A DNA stretch of 64,000 nucleotides from Microgenomates group bacterium (lineage in GTDB: Bacteria; Patescibacteriota; Microgenomatia; UBA10105; UBA927), in NCBI GenBank assembly GCA_049287205.1, contig JBAQFJ010000001.1, positions 943,653-1,007,652 of the forward strand. The letters are read 5' to 3'. The position numbers were made by a program, and so were the translations under genes. Numbering within the stretch: the stretch's first letter is position 1; each line of letters begins with the position of its first letter. The notes under the pieces were generated by a model, which was given only the letters and a program-made list of their open reading frames with translations, did no database searches and was not told the origin of the DNA. This document shows positions 28,312 through 37,608 of the stretch, one piece after another.

Positions 28312-29628
28312 ATGCGAATTATTGCCGATCTTCATCTTCATTCACGATTTTCTAGGGCCGTTTCCCGTGAGATGACCATAAAAAATTTGTACGCTTCGGG
28401 TGTCCGAAAAGGAATAGGTCTTATTGCAACGGGAGACTGGACACATCCCTTATGGATGGGTGAAATTGAAAGTGAACTGGAAGAGATGGGAAACGGATTT
28501 TTGCAGCTAAAAGGAACAACGGAAGGTCCAAAATTTTTGCTTTCCACTGAAATATCCTGTATTTTTTCCCAGAATGGAAAAACAAGACGGGTGCATACTC
28601 TTATCTGGGTTCCAACCATTGCCTCAGCGATCAAAATCAGCCAGGAAATTACTAAACAGGGTGGTAATGTACTTTCAGACGGAAGGCCAATTTTAGGGTT
28701 TACCCTGATTCGCCTTGCTGAACTTGTGTTGACCATTGAGCCTAAGGCTCTTATAGTGCCTGCACACATTTGGACGCCGTGGTTTTCTGTGTACGGGAAG
28801 ATGGGCGGATTTGACAGCCTAAAAGAAGCATTTGGAGAATATGAAAAATATATTTATGCGGTGGAAACCGGGCTTTCAAGCAGTCCTGATATGAACTGGC
28901 AAATTGGAGAACTTGATACCCGTTCTATCGTATCGTTTTCTGATGCACACAGCGGTCCAAAATTAGGAAGAGAGGCAACGATATTTTCTTTGCCTTCGCT
29001 GTCATTTGAGTATCTTACTGCGGCACTGAAAAATTATAAAAATAATCCGAAACTTCCACACATTGAATCAACCATCGAGTTTTATCCCGAGGAAGGAAAA
29101 TATCATTACACGGGGCATAGAGACTGTCATATTCGTTTGACGCCTAAAGAAGTCGAAAAAAAAGGAACAACCTGTCCTGTATGTGGGAAGCCGCTTACTC
29201 AAGGTGTGATGCAACGCGTTTCTGAGCTTGCAACGAGACCCCTCGCATCAAATAAGACAACAACAGATGGAATGAGTCATTATGAAAATGTCGGGCATGC
29301 ACGTCCTCCATTTATCATGTTGGTGCCACTTATGGAAATTATCGCCGAAGCTCTCGGCAGACCCGTCACGAGTCCGAGGGTTCAAGAGCGGTATGACGCG
29401 TTAATTAAGGAATTTACCAGTGATTTTGCTATTCTTATGCATGTCTCTATTGAAGAAATTGCCCGGGTATCACTTCCTGAAATAGCAGACGGAATTAAAA
29501 AAGTCCGTACAGGAGATATTGTAATTGATCCCGGATATGACGGGGTGTTTGGCGTTGTGAAAATCTGGAAAAGTGAAAAAGATAGGGATCTCGTCTCCGC
29601 TGCGGGAGAACAGGAAAGTATATTTTAA
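28312..29628 (+). CDS. Endonuclease Q-like PHP-domain nuclease (TIGR00375 family)
   Basis: ADLHLHSRFSRAVSREMT, GTGDW, RRVHTLIW, PAHIWTPWFSVYG, LSSSPDM and FSDAHSGPKLGRE motifs, plus C-terminal Zn-finger cysteines (HYTGHRDCH...CPVCGKPL). The pattern matches my recollection of archaeal EndoQ. Confidence 0.6.
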   Translation: MRIIADLHLHSRFSRAVSREMTIKNLYASGVRKGIGLIATGDWTHPLWMGEIESELEEMGNGFLQLKGTTEGPKFLLSTEISCIFSQNGKTRRVHTLIWVPTIASAIKISQEITKQGGNVLSDGRPILGFTLIRLAELVLTIEPKALIVPAHIWTPWFSVYGKMGGFDSLKEAFGEYEKYIYAVETGLSSSPDMNWQIGELDTRSIVSFSDAHSGPKLGREATIFSLPSLSFEYLTAALKNYKNNPKLPHIESTIEFYPEEGKYHYTGHRDCHIRLTPKEVEKKGTTCPVCGKPLTQGVMQRVSELATRPLASNKTTTDGMSHYENVGHARPPFIMLVPLMEIIAEALGRPVTSPRVQERYDALIKEFTSDFAILMHVSIEEIARVSLPEIADGIKKVRTGDIVIDPGYDGVFGVVKIWKSEKDRDLVSAAGEQESIF

Positions 29629-29639
29629 CCTCTTTCTTA

Positions 29640-29725
29640 TTGACCTTCAAAAACAAATCGTGATACGCTGATATGTAGAACCCTCCTTCGTCCTCAATAA
29701 AAAGGACTACGGCGGGCGAAGGAGG
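29640..29725 (+). promoter_or_regulatory. Putative promoter (TTGACC-18-TACGCT) and 5' leader hairpin that sequesters the Shine-Dalgarno of the downstream DUF4870 gene
   Basis: CCTCCTTCG (29682-29690) pairs with CGAAGGAGG (29717-29725). The latter is the RBS AGGAGG, 7 nt before the ATG at 29737. An inner GTCCT/AGGAC hairpin sits in the loop. Confidence 0.45.
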
Positions 29726-29736
29726 TGAATTAATCA

Positions 29737-30069
29737 ATGGCGCAAACAAAAGCAAACAACGAAAATTTAATGGGCGCAGCAACATACTTGTTGGCGTTTG
29801 TTACCGGAATTATTTTTTTAATCGTTGAGAAAGAAAGCAAATTTATCCGGTTTCACGCAATGCAGTCAACCATCCTTTTTGGAGGAATTTTTATCGCAAA
29901 CATCGTCTTAGGATTTATTCCAATTTTAGGTTGGTTACTTGGTTTATTGTTGTCCCTCGCATCATTTATCCTTTGGATTATCTGTATGTGGAAAGCATTC
30001 CAAGGAGAAATGTACAAAGTACCATTTGTTGGTAATTTGGCAGAGCAACAATTAAAGAAAATGAAGTAA
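29737..30069 (+). CDS. DUF4870-family small membrane protein
   Basis: AATYLLAFVTGIIFLIVEKESKFIRFHAMQS motif. Confidence 0.6.
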   Translation: MAQTKANNENLMGAATYLLAFVTGIIFLIVEKESKFIRFHAMQSTILFGGIFIANIVLGFIPILGWLLGLLLSLASFILWIICMWKAFQGEMYKVPFVGNLAEQQLKKMK

Positions 30070-30155
30070 TGGATATCTCGCGAGATACCTATTCTCTATG
30101 ACACCACTTGCCTTGGAAGGGGAGTGGTGTTTATAGTAAGAGATAAGAAAGGGGT

Positions 30156-30788
30156 GTGCACATGAAAATAATTGTCGGACTTGGAAATCCCGGAAGTGAA
30201 TATCAAGATACGCGTCATAATATCGGGTTCATGACGATTGATAAACTGGCAAAAGAATTGACCCCGGAATCCGTTTCCTGGAAAGAAGAGGCAAAATTTA
30301 GCGCCATGACGACAAAAATTGGTGAAGTTGTTCTGGTAAAACCGATTACCTTCATGAATAATTCTGGCGTTGCCGTGTCTGCAATTATGCATTTTTTCAA
30401 ATTGACTCCCGCTGATGTCTGGGTGATTCATGATGATATTGATCTGCCGATTGGAAAAATTAGGATTCGCCAGAAGGGAAGCAGCGCGGGACATCGGGGC
30501 GTTGAGTCTCTTATTGCCGAACTTAAAACTGATGCGTTTGTCCGATTTCGTCTTGGTATCGGGCGGGGTAAGTTGTTTAGTAAAGGTGATTCGGATACGC
30601 AAGATATTGAAAAAGGAAACGCGGGGAAAGCGCAACACGGAAGGCATCAATGGGATATCTCATTTGTTCTTTCCAGGTTTTCTCAGGGAGAAGCGGGAAC
30701 GCTCAAACATTTGATTAAAAATGGAACGGAAGCCGTCCGTATTGCACTGAATGAAGGCATTGATAAGGCAATGACACGATTCAATTAA
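30156..30788 (+). CDS. pth: Peptidyl-tRNA hydrolase (with a C-terminal extension)
   Basis: MKIIVGLGNPGSEYQDTRHNIGF N-terminus. Confidence 0.85.
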   Translation: MHMKIIVGLGNPGSEYQDTRHNIGFMTIDKLAKELTPESVSWKEEAKFSAMTTKIGEVVLVKPITFMNNSGVAVSAIMHFFKLTPADVWVIHDDIDLPIGKIRIRQKGSSAGHRGVESLIAELKTDAFVRFRLGIGRGKLFSKGDSDTQDIEKGNAGKAQHGRHQWDISFVLSRFSQGEAGTLKHLIKNGTEAVRIALNEGIDKAMTRFN

Positions 30789-30822
30789 TCCGACCAATAA
30801 ATACCAATAAGTACCAATATAA
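30785..30822. repeat. Phased CCAATAA repeat block, copy 1 (AATCCGACCAATAAATACCAATAAGTACCAATATAATT) abutting a start codon
   Basis: Three about-10-bp-spaced CCAATA(A/T) units. Shares the 17-mer AATCCGACCAATAAATA and CCAATAAATACCAATAAG with copy 2. Confidence 0.6.
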
Positions 30823-30824
30823 TT

Positions 30825-31097
30825 ATGCAAAAAATGCAAAAGCTTGGTGACATTCTCCAGTTATTTAATCCTGTTGAGGATAAATACATTTCGCGTGAAT
30901 TTCAGAAATACGGTATCTATCTTGCGGAAACGTTGAACGATTATAAACATAGGGCGTTATATATTCGTCTTGCTAAAACTATCCCGCGTGCGATTCTTGA
31001 AAAAACGCTCAGCTTTGTAAAAGACGCAAATGCAACCAGCAAGCCGCGACTGTTTATGTGGAAAATGAAAGAGCTTAGACAGAAGGAAAAAGAATAA
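30825..31097 (+). CDS. Hypothetical 90-aa protein
   Basis: The ORF is bracketed by the two CCAATAA repeat blocks. No recognisable domain. Confidence 0.4.
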   Translation: MQKMQKLGDILQLFNPVEDKYISREFQKYGIYLAETLNDYKHRALYIRLAKTIPRAILEKTLSFVKDANATSKPRLFMWKMKELRQKEKE

Positions 31098-31099
31098 AC

Positions 31100-31152
31100 T
31101 AATAACCCAATAAATACCAATAAGCCAATAAATCAATCCGACCAATAAATAA
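31100..31152. repeat. Phased CCAATAA repeat block, copy 2 (four CCAATAA units) abutting the acylphosphatase start codon
   Basis: Sequence is AATAACCCAATAAATACCAATAAGCCAATAAATCAATCCGACCAATAAATAA. Confidence 0.6.
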
Positions 31153-31425
31153 ATGAAAACAATACGTCTTATTATTTCAGGGAGTGTGCAGGGGATAGGA
31201 TTTCGGAAATGGATCAAGCGACAAGCACAACGCGCGTCTGTAACAGGATGGGTTAAGAATAGGGAAGATGGGGCTGTGGAATCCGTTGTGCAGGGTGAAG
31301 CTGATGCAATTCAACAACTCATAATCCATATACATCAGGGCCCGCCGCTCGCGCTCGTAGAAGGTGTTTTTGAAGAACCAATAGAAGATGCTTCCAGATA
31401 TGAAGATTTTATCGTGATACAATAA
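31153..31425 (+). CDS. acyP: Acylphosphatase
   Basis: ISGSVQGIGFRKW motif and a 90-aa length. Confidence 0.75.
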   Translation: MKTIRLIISGSVQGIGFRKWIKRQAQRASVTGWVKNREDGAVESVVQGEADAIQQLIIHIHQGPPLALVEGVFEEPIEDASRYEDFIVIQ

Positions 31426-31432
31426 AAATAGT

Positions 31433-31900
31433 ATGCAAAAGCTCGTATCTTTTTTGCGTTGTAAACCCTTCTTTTTCTTTTGGATTACTCTTATTTATAT
31501 TGTTTTTGTGTATGTTGTGAAATGGAATATCCATCCGACGATACAAGCGGGATTGTTTATTGTTGGGGGTCTGATTGGGATGTATTTTTTGGAGGCGGCG
31601 GAGCGGTTTGTGCATCTTAATCCGTCTCCTTTCCGATCCATTGTGTTTGTTGCTCTTTTTTTGGCAGTTTCTTTTTTTGTGGTTACTTCGTCTGTTTCTT
31701 ATATTGCGTCAGGGCTGGTTCTCAGTATTTTTTTAACGCTTATATTGTGGCAATTTGGAGAATGGTCAACGGCTAAAAATCTTCATCGTTGGTATGTGAT
31801 GCTTGCTGATCCTGTATCACCCCGTGCACAAGTATGGATTCTTTGTTTTGAATTCGTATTTTTTGTTTTTCAAACAATTATTTTTATACAAAAGGCGTAA
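31433..31900 (+). CDS. Hypothetical 4-TM membrane protein
   Basis: Hydrophobicity pattern only. Confidence 0.4.
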   Translation: MQKLVSFLRCKPFFFFWITLIYIVFVYVVKWNIHPTIQAGLFIVGGLIGMYFLEAAERFVHLNPSPFRSIVFVALFLAVSFFVVTSSVSYIASGLVLSIFLTLILWQFGEWSTAKNLHRWYVMLADPVSPRAQVWILCFEFVFFVFQTIIFIQKA

Positions 31901-31904
31901 TGAT

Positions 31905-32399
31905 ATGTTGATTCAACATACTGATAGTATTTGGAAGTATTTATCAGAAGAACAACGCGTGCTCGCTGATGACGGGGCATTTTTGCTTGCTGACAGCCTC
32001 GTTCATAAGGATGCTGAGCCGACGGATTATTCTTATCTAGTATTTCCTTATGCAAAGCTGTACGAGGGGTTTTTAAAAGACGCATTTTTACAGCTCGGTG
32101 TGATCACAGCTCCTGATTATGCAAGTAACAGGTTTCGTATTGGAAGAGTATTGAATCCGAATATTACAAAACTCCTGCGAGGAAAAAGCGTGTTTGCGCA
32201 GCTTCGGAATCAATATGGCATTGAATTACCCGAACGTCTTTGGAACGCTTGGAAACAAGGAAGAAATTTAGTATTCCATTATTTTCCAACGAATGTGCAC
32301 ATGCTTTCCCGGGATCAGGCAATTACCACCATTGATATTCTTATCAGTGCAATGCGGGAACTGTTGGAGCGAACCCGCATTACAAAAAAAGGAGCTTGA
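31905..32399 (+). CDS. Hypothetical protein (164 aa)
   Basis: Start taken at MLIQHTD immediately after the upstream stop. No recognised domain. Confidence 0.4.
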   Translation: MLIQHTDSIWKYLSEEQRVLADDGAFLLADSLVHKDAEPTDYSYLVFPYAKLYEGFLKDAFLQLGVITAPDYASNRFRIGRVLNPNITKLLRGKSVFAQLRNQYGIELPERLWNAWKQGRNLVFHYFPTNVHMLSRDQAITTIDILISAMRELLERTRITKKGA

Positions 32400-32412
32400 A
32401 TAGCACGAGAGA

Positions 32413-33120
32413 ATGGATAATACTACAAATATATCTATGAAACAGGTACGTACGCAAAAAAAACACATACACGCGCATGTTTCAACAGAATGGGTGTTTC
32501 GATTCTGGGCGTGGCAGCTTTTATTTTGGGCATTATATCGCTATTTTTTCCACTTACCAGAATGGGCGGATGAGTTTGTGTTTAAGCCCCTTGTCTTTGT
32601 TGTTCCTGTGTTTTTATACGTCTTAAAAAAAGAACGATCCAGACTTATTTCGATAGGATTAACCAAAAAAAACTTGAGCAAAAACCTGCTTTTTGGTATG
32701 GGCATGGGAATTATCTTTTTCCTTGAGGGAATTGGGGTAAATATTGCTACGAACGGCACGCTTAAAATACAACAACTGTCTACAGTTGCAGGATACTCCG
32801 TAGGATTATTGACGCTTTTGTCACTGGCAACTGCGTTTTCTGAGGAAGTATTAAGCAGGGGATTTCTTTTTTCCAGACTCTACGCACAAACAAAACGACT
32901 GTGGTACAGCATTTTGCTGTCAACCGCTATGTTTGTGGCATTTCATATTCCTATTCTTGTCACCTCACTAAAATTTCAGGGACCAACACTTATTTTGTTT
33001 GTCGCAACAAGTGTGGTGCTTGCGATCGTTAACAGTATTATTTTCGTGCAGTCAAAGTCTTTGGTAACCCCGATCCTTATCCACTTTTTTTGGAATATGA
33101 CAGTTGCACTATTTCTTTAA
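32413..33120 (+). CDS. CPBP-family intramembrane metalloprotease (CAAX protease / Abi-like)
   Basis: FSEEVLSRGFLF (EExxxR), FVAFHIP (FxxxH) and HFFWN (HxxxN) motifs. Confidence 0.65.
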   Translation: MDNTTNISMKQVRTQKKHIHAHVSTEWVFRFWAWQLLFWALYRYFFHLPEWADEFVFKPLVFVVPVFLYVLKKERSRLISIGLTKKNLSKNLLFGMGMGIIFFLEGIGVNIATNGTLKIQQLSTVAGYSVGLLTLLSLATAFSEEVLSRGFLFSRLYAQTKRLWYSILLSTAMFVAFHIPILVTSLKFQGPTLILFVATSVVLAIVNSIIFVQSKSLVTPILIHFFWNMTVALFL

Positions 33121-33135
33121 ATCCGAAGTTCGGAT

Positions 33136-33897
33136 TTAACTTGCGGTCCAGCCGCCATCAATGTAGAGCGTTGCTCCTGTTGTGTAGCTTGCTTCATCAG
33201 ATGCTAAATAGACAACAGTTGCTGCGATTTCTTCTGCTTTACCAAATCGTTTCATAGGAATTCTTGCAATGAGCGTGTTATAAAAATCAGGCATTTGTTT
33301 CACGGCTTCGGTCATCTCTGTCTCAATAAACCCCGGACCGATTGCATTAACAGTAATGCCGTGTTGCGCAAACTCATCTGCGAGCGCTTCGGTTAGAGAA
33401 ACAACGCCGCCTTTGGACGCGCAGTAGTTTACTGCTCCTGCCATGCCGCTTCCGACACCACCTGACAGAATAGAAGCAATGTTTATGATTCGACCAAATT
33501 TATTTTTTATCATTTCTTTTGCTGCTGCTTGCGCAACAAAAAAATATGCTTTGAGATTCGTATCAAGGACCTTGTCCCATCCGTCACCAGTCATGTTGAG
33601 TGTCTGTTCAATGGATCCGACTCCCGCGTTGTTAAGGAGTATATCTAGTCGTCCAAATGTTGCAACTGTTTTTGCAACAGCGTTTGTCACATCTTCCTGT
33701 TGTAACACGTCCGTTGGAATGGCGATTGCATCGCCACCTGCAGCTTTTATTTCAGCAACAAGTGCGTCAAGCTTTTCAACGCGTCGTGCTGCAAGCGCGA
33801 CTTTTGCACCCTGACTAGCAAGCGCAAGTGCTGAGGCGCGACCTATACCACTTGAAGCTCCGGTGACGAGCGCAACTTTACCAGTGAGAGAAAACAT
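33136..33897 (-). CDS. Short-chain dehydrogenase/reductase (FabG-like 3-oxoacyl-ACP reductase family)
   Basis: KVALVTGASSGIGRA Rossmann motif and an SDR-typical length. Confidence 0.7.
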   Translation of the reverse strand: MFSLTGKVALVTGASSGIGRASALALASQGAKVALAARRVEKLDALVAEIKAAGGDAIAIPTDVLQQEDVTNAVAKTVATFGRLDILLNNAGVGSIEQTLNMTGDGWDKVLDTNLKAYFFVAQAAAKEMIKNKFGRIINIASILSGGVGSGMAGAVNYCASKGGVVSLTEALADEFAQHGITVNAIGPGFIETEMTEAVKQMPDFYNTLIARIPMKRFGKAEEIAATVVYLASDEASYTTGATLYIDGGWTAS

Positions 33898-33960
33898 ATA
33901 TATGTCCTTTCGGCTGAAAACCTAGGCAGCAAAATATGTTTTGTTGTCAGGTAGTCTGCT

Positions 33961-34587
33961 TTATTTTGTACTTGTTATTGCCGCATCAACTGCAACGATA
34001 AGGTCGTTGACGGTGTTTAACTGCAGTTTATTTCCATTCAGATAAAATGTCGGTGTTGCATTGACACCGATAGATTCACCTAACCGTACATCCTGATCGA
34101 TCAATGATTGTATTGCGTCTGCTTGCATATCCTGATTGAATGCTTCCATGCGAAGCCCAAGTCTTGCAGCTTCTGAGGCGATGAACGTGGTATTTAATTC
34201 TTTTTGTCCCAAAAACAGTGCGTCATGCATTTCCCAATATTTTCCCTGCAATGCGGCAGCTTCTGCAGCCCGTGCTGCAGGAAGCGCCATAGTATGTGAA
34301 GGGATAGGATAATTCCGATATACGAAGTACAATGAATCTTTGTATTTTTCCGTTAATTGTTTGACACTTGGATAGAATTGTCCGCACGCCGGACATTGAT
34401 AGTCGGAAAATTCAACGAGCCAAACGGGAGCATCTTTCGATCCTAACGTACGCATTGCATTTGCAGTGAGTATTTCTTTTGAAACCGGCTTTGCAGGTTG
34501 TGTCATAACAATCATTGCGATGGTGAGAATTATTCCTGTGATTGCAAAAATACCTAAGAACAGTTTTGTTTCCGATGTTAGTTTCAT
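33961..34587 (-). CDS. DsbA-like thiol:disulfide oxidoreductase (secreted thioredoxin fold)
   Basis: N-terminal TM or signal sequence and a CPAC active site (DYQCPACGQF). Confidence 0.7.
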   Translation of the reverse strand: MKLTSETKLFLGIFAITGIILTIAMIVMTQPAKPVSKEILTANAMRTLGSKDAPVWLVEFSDYQCPACGQFYPSVKQLTEKYKDSLYFVYRNYPIPSHTMALPAARAAEAAALQGKYWEMHDALFLGQKELNTTFIASEAARLGLRMEAFNQDMQADAIQSLIDQDVRLGESIGVNATPTFYLNGNKLQLNTVNDLIVAVDAAITSTK

Positions 34588-35054
34588 ACTTTTTTTGTGA
34601 GGGATAGGCTTTTAAGCGCTAAACCAAAAATAATATACATATTGACCGCTGAAATGCCACACCACATGCAAACGCCATGAATCAGGAACAGTTCTGTGTA
34701 GGTAAACCAAGAGACGAAACAGATACCAAACAGACCCATGCCGAAGATTCCCCAGAGTAATCCTTTATTTGTTTTAAATGTTCGAAGGAAAGATAAAATC
34801 ATTAAGAATGTATATCCGAGAACGCCAATGGCAGGCACAGGAATACCGAACGGGTAGGAGAGTGCGCTTTTTCTGACTGCTTCACATCCGCCACCACTTA
34901 AACACACAATACCAGTCTGTCTAAGGAAACTTTGCAGAACATAGACACCCATAATGAGGCCTGCAATAGAAAGAATAAAGATAATTCGGTTTATCGATTT
35001 TAATTGTGTATCCATAATAGTTCTATTATGCCATAGCATATAGAATCCCGCCAC
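34584..35054 (-). CDS. Vitamin K epoxide reductase (VKOR)-family disulfide-bond-forming membrane protein, the DsbB analogue
   Basis: Four-TM protein with a CxxC (VCMWCG) and loop cysteines (CLSGGGCEA). It overlaps dsbA by 4 nt. Confidence 0.6.
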   Translation of the reverse strand: MAGFYMLWHNRTIMDTQLKSINRIIFILSIAGLIMGVYVLQSFLRQTGIVCLSGGGCEAVRKSALSYPFGIPVPAIGVLGYTFLMILSFLRTFKTNKGLLWGIFGMGLFGICFVSWFTYTELFLIHGVCMWCGISAVNMYIIFGLALKSLSLTKKV

Positions 35055-37302
35055 GGCGGGATTTCAGGGTTTCTATTTCATATGGTGCTTCAATTTTTAT
35101 ACGTGAGAGCCTCGATGAGTTGAGTACAACAGACAGTGAACTTGCGGCCATTGCAAATGCGGCCATGGGAGGAGTTAATGTAACTCCAAAAGATGCACCA
35201 ACTCCCATTGCAATAGGGATGAGAATAATGTTGTATCCAAATGCCCACAAAAGATTTTGTCTGATTGTCTGCATAACACGTTTTGAAACGTGGATCATAA
35301 AAGGGATGCGATTCAATGAATCGGAAAGAATGGTCATATCAGCGGTTGCTTTTGCAATCGCAGTTCCTGATCCAATGGCAACACCGACATCGGATGCCGC
35401 AATTGCTGGCGCATCATTGATGCCGTCACCGATCATCATGATAATTTGATTATTACCACGGAGCTTTTCGATGATTCCTGCTTTTTCATCCGGTTTTACC
35501 CCTCCAATAACTTTTTCAATGCCAACCATATTCGCTTTGATTTTTGCACTTTCTTTTTTGTCGCCTGATAGGAGAATTGGTGTGATATGCATGGATTTGA
35601 GCGTTCCAATAACATGGGAAACTTCTGGTCGTAGTTCATCATCAATGGCAAATAGAGCAACAAGTTTGGTGTCATATGCAGCAAGAACAATTGTTTTTCC
35701 TGAATTGCGAAACTCGCTCAATTTTTGTTGTATATTTTTATCAATACGCACCGCATGTGACTGAAGAAACTGTTCTGTTCCAATAAAGATATGTTTATTA
35801 TGTGTTACTGCACTGATTCCTAATCCTGGGATTGCTGTAATCTGTTGTGGTGTTGTTTTGTCATGATTGATCTTGTTTGCTGTTGCCCATGTGAGGAGTG
35901 CTGTGGAAAGGGGGTGTTCGGATGCTGCCTCAACTGCAAAGAGTGTCGGAAGTACACTCGTATCTATGATGACTGTGTCTGTCACCACCGGTTTTCCTTT
36001 GGTGATTGTCCCTGTTTTATCAAATACTACAGTTGTTGTATTACCTGCGCGTTCTAGGGCATGGGCTGACCGAATTAGTACACCTGCTTTTGCAGCCCTG
36101 CCGACACCACCGATGACTGCCATAGGAGTGGCAAGTCCTAATGCACACGGACAAGCAACGACAAAAACCGCAATACTTTTTGCGATGGCGTCCACTGGTG
36201 ATCCCATGATAAGCCAAAATATGGCCGTTCCAACACCGAGGATAATAACAATAGGAACAAAGACAGATGAAATGGAATCAGCAAGTCGTGCAATTTCCGG
36301 TTTTGCATTTTGTGCATCGCGTACCAATTGTTGAATGTGAGACAACATCGTGTCTTTACCGACAGCACTCGCCTTCATACGGAGGACTCCTGTTGTGTTG
36401 ATTGTTCCTGCGATAAGCTCATCACCGATGTGTTTTTCCATAGGAATCGGTTCACCAGTTAACAGTGATTGATCAATTGATGACGCGCCGGACACAATGA
36501 TGCCATCAACAGGAATGCGTTCACCTGGACGAATTTCCAAAAGGTCACCAAGGATAATGTTTTCGGTTTTTGTTTCAACTATGTTGTTGCCGATTAATTT
36601 ATGACTTGTGATTGATTCGAGTTTGGATAATGCACGTATACTTTCGGTAGCACTATGTTTTCCTTTTGCCTCCAAGTATTTTCCGAGAAGGACAAGGGTA
36701 ATAATGACTGTGCTACTGTCATAAAACATTGCTTGTGGTAATCCTTCTGCTTGGCCAAGTAAAGTTGCAATAAAATGAAATACAGAATAACCGTAGGCGA
36801 TGGTAGTACCAAGAACAATCAGGGTGTCCATGTTGGTGGCACCGACTCGAAGCGCGCTTAATGCTCCTTGATAAAATCCCCAACCTCCATAGATTTGTAC
36901 AATCGTTGCAAGGAGTGTGGATGCATAAATAAGCGGTTCTTTCAAATTTGAGGGGATGGGGAATCCAAGCATGTCGGGAAGCGTAAAAAGTACGACGAGG
37001 AATGTCAGCATTCCATTGATGAACACGACTTTTCCCATACGTTGTACAGTATGTATGTGCGCTTCTTCCTTTTTTTCTTCTGACACAACTGCGTCATCTG
37101 AAATAATTGGTTTGTATCCGAGTGACGTAATGGTTTGTATCACTGTCGTGATATCATTTTTTGAATCGACATCCACAACAGCTTCTTCGCTTCCGTAATT
37201 TACATCGGCTCGTTGGACACCTTTGGTTTTTTTGAGCTGTCTTGCTATGAGCGTTGCGCAGGAAGCGCAATGCATGCCCATGATCGGAATGGTTTGTTTC
37301 AT
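35026..37302 (-). CDS. copA: Copper-translocating P1B-type ATPase
   Basis: N-terminal HMA GMHCASCA, CPC motif VVACPCALG, DKTGTIT and GDGINDAP. Confidence 0.85.
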   Translation of the reverse strand: MKQTIPIMGMHCASCATLIARQLKKTKGVQRADVNYGSEEAVVDVDSKNDITTVIQTITSLGYKPIISDDAVVSEEKKEEAHIHTVQRMGKVVFINGMLTFLVVLFTLPDMLGFPIPSNLKEPLIYASTLLATIVQIYGGWGFYQGALSALRVGATNMDTLIVLGTTIAYGYSVFHFIATLLGQAEGLPQAMFYDSSTVIITLVLLGKYLEAKGKHSATESIRALSKLESITSHKLIGNNIVETKTENIILGDLLEIRPGERIPVDGIIVSGASSIDQSLLTGEPIPMEKHIGDELIAGTINTTGVLRMKASAVGKDTMLSHIQQLVRDAQNAKPEIARLADSISSVFVPIVIILGVGTAIFWLIMGSPVDAIAKSIAVFVVACPCALGLATPMAVIGGVGRAAKAGVLIRSAHALERAGNTTTVVFDKTGTITKGKPVVTDTVIIDTSVLPTLFAVEAASEHPLSTALLTWATANKINHDKTTPQQITAIPGLGISAVTHNKHIFIGTEQFLQSHAVRIDKNIQQKLSEFRNSGKTIVLAAYDTKLVALFAIDDELRPEVSHVIGTLKSMHITPILLSGDKKESAKIKANMVGIEKVIGGVKPDEKAGIIEKLRGNNQIIMMIGDGINDAPAIAASDVGVAIGSGTAIAKATADMTILSDSLNRIPFMIHVSKRVMQTIRQNLLWAFGYNIILIPIAMGVGASFGVTLTPPMAAFAMAASSLSVVLNSSRLSRIKIEAPYEIETLKSRRGGILYAMA

Positions 37303-37580
37303 GATTTCTTTTCCATCACTTTCATGACTTCATCAATTACTTCTTTTTCATTGCCCTTTTTAATAGCGTCAGACACGCAGGTTTGTAAGTGATTTTTAAG
37401 AATGATTTGGTCAATTTGACGAAGCGCTGATTGGATAGCGAGGGATTGATGGATGATATGGATACAATAATGACCGTCTTCTACCATAGAGATAACCTTA
37501 TCAAGTTGGCCTCGGGTAATTTTTAACCGATGAAGGATGGTATGTTGTACACTTTTGTCTCGTGGTATTCCTTTTGGCAT
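37299..37580 (-). CDS. csoR: CsoR/RcnR-family metal-sensing transcriptional repressor
   Basis: 93 aa with C/H/C ligand positions (YCIHIIHQ...QTCV). It overlaps the copA start by 4 nt. Confidence 0.7.
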   Translation of the reverse strand: MPKGIPRDKSVQHTILHRLKITRGQLDKVISMVEDGHYCIHIIHQSLAIQSALRQIDQIILKNHLQTCVSDAIKKGNEKEVIDEVMKVMEKKS

Positions 37581-37608
37581 AGTGAATTCCTTTTCATGAA
37601 AGAGGCAC

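Noticed and set aside
30075-30130. Two hairpins between the DUF4870 gene and pth (TATCTCGCGAGATA palindrome; ACACCACT...AGTGGTGT)
   Set aside because: They are possibly a terminator or attenuator, but the downstream T-tracts are weak. They are noted only.
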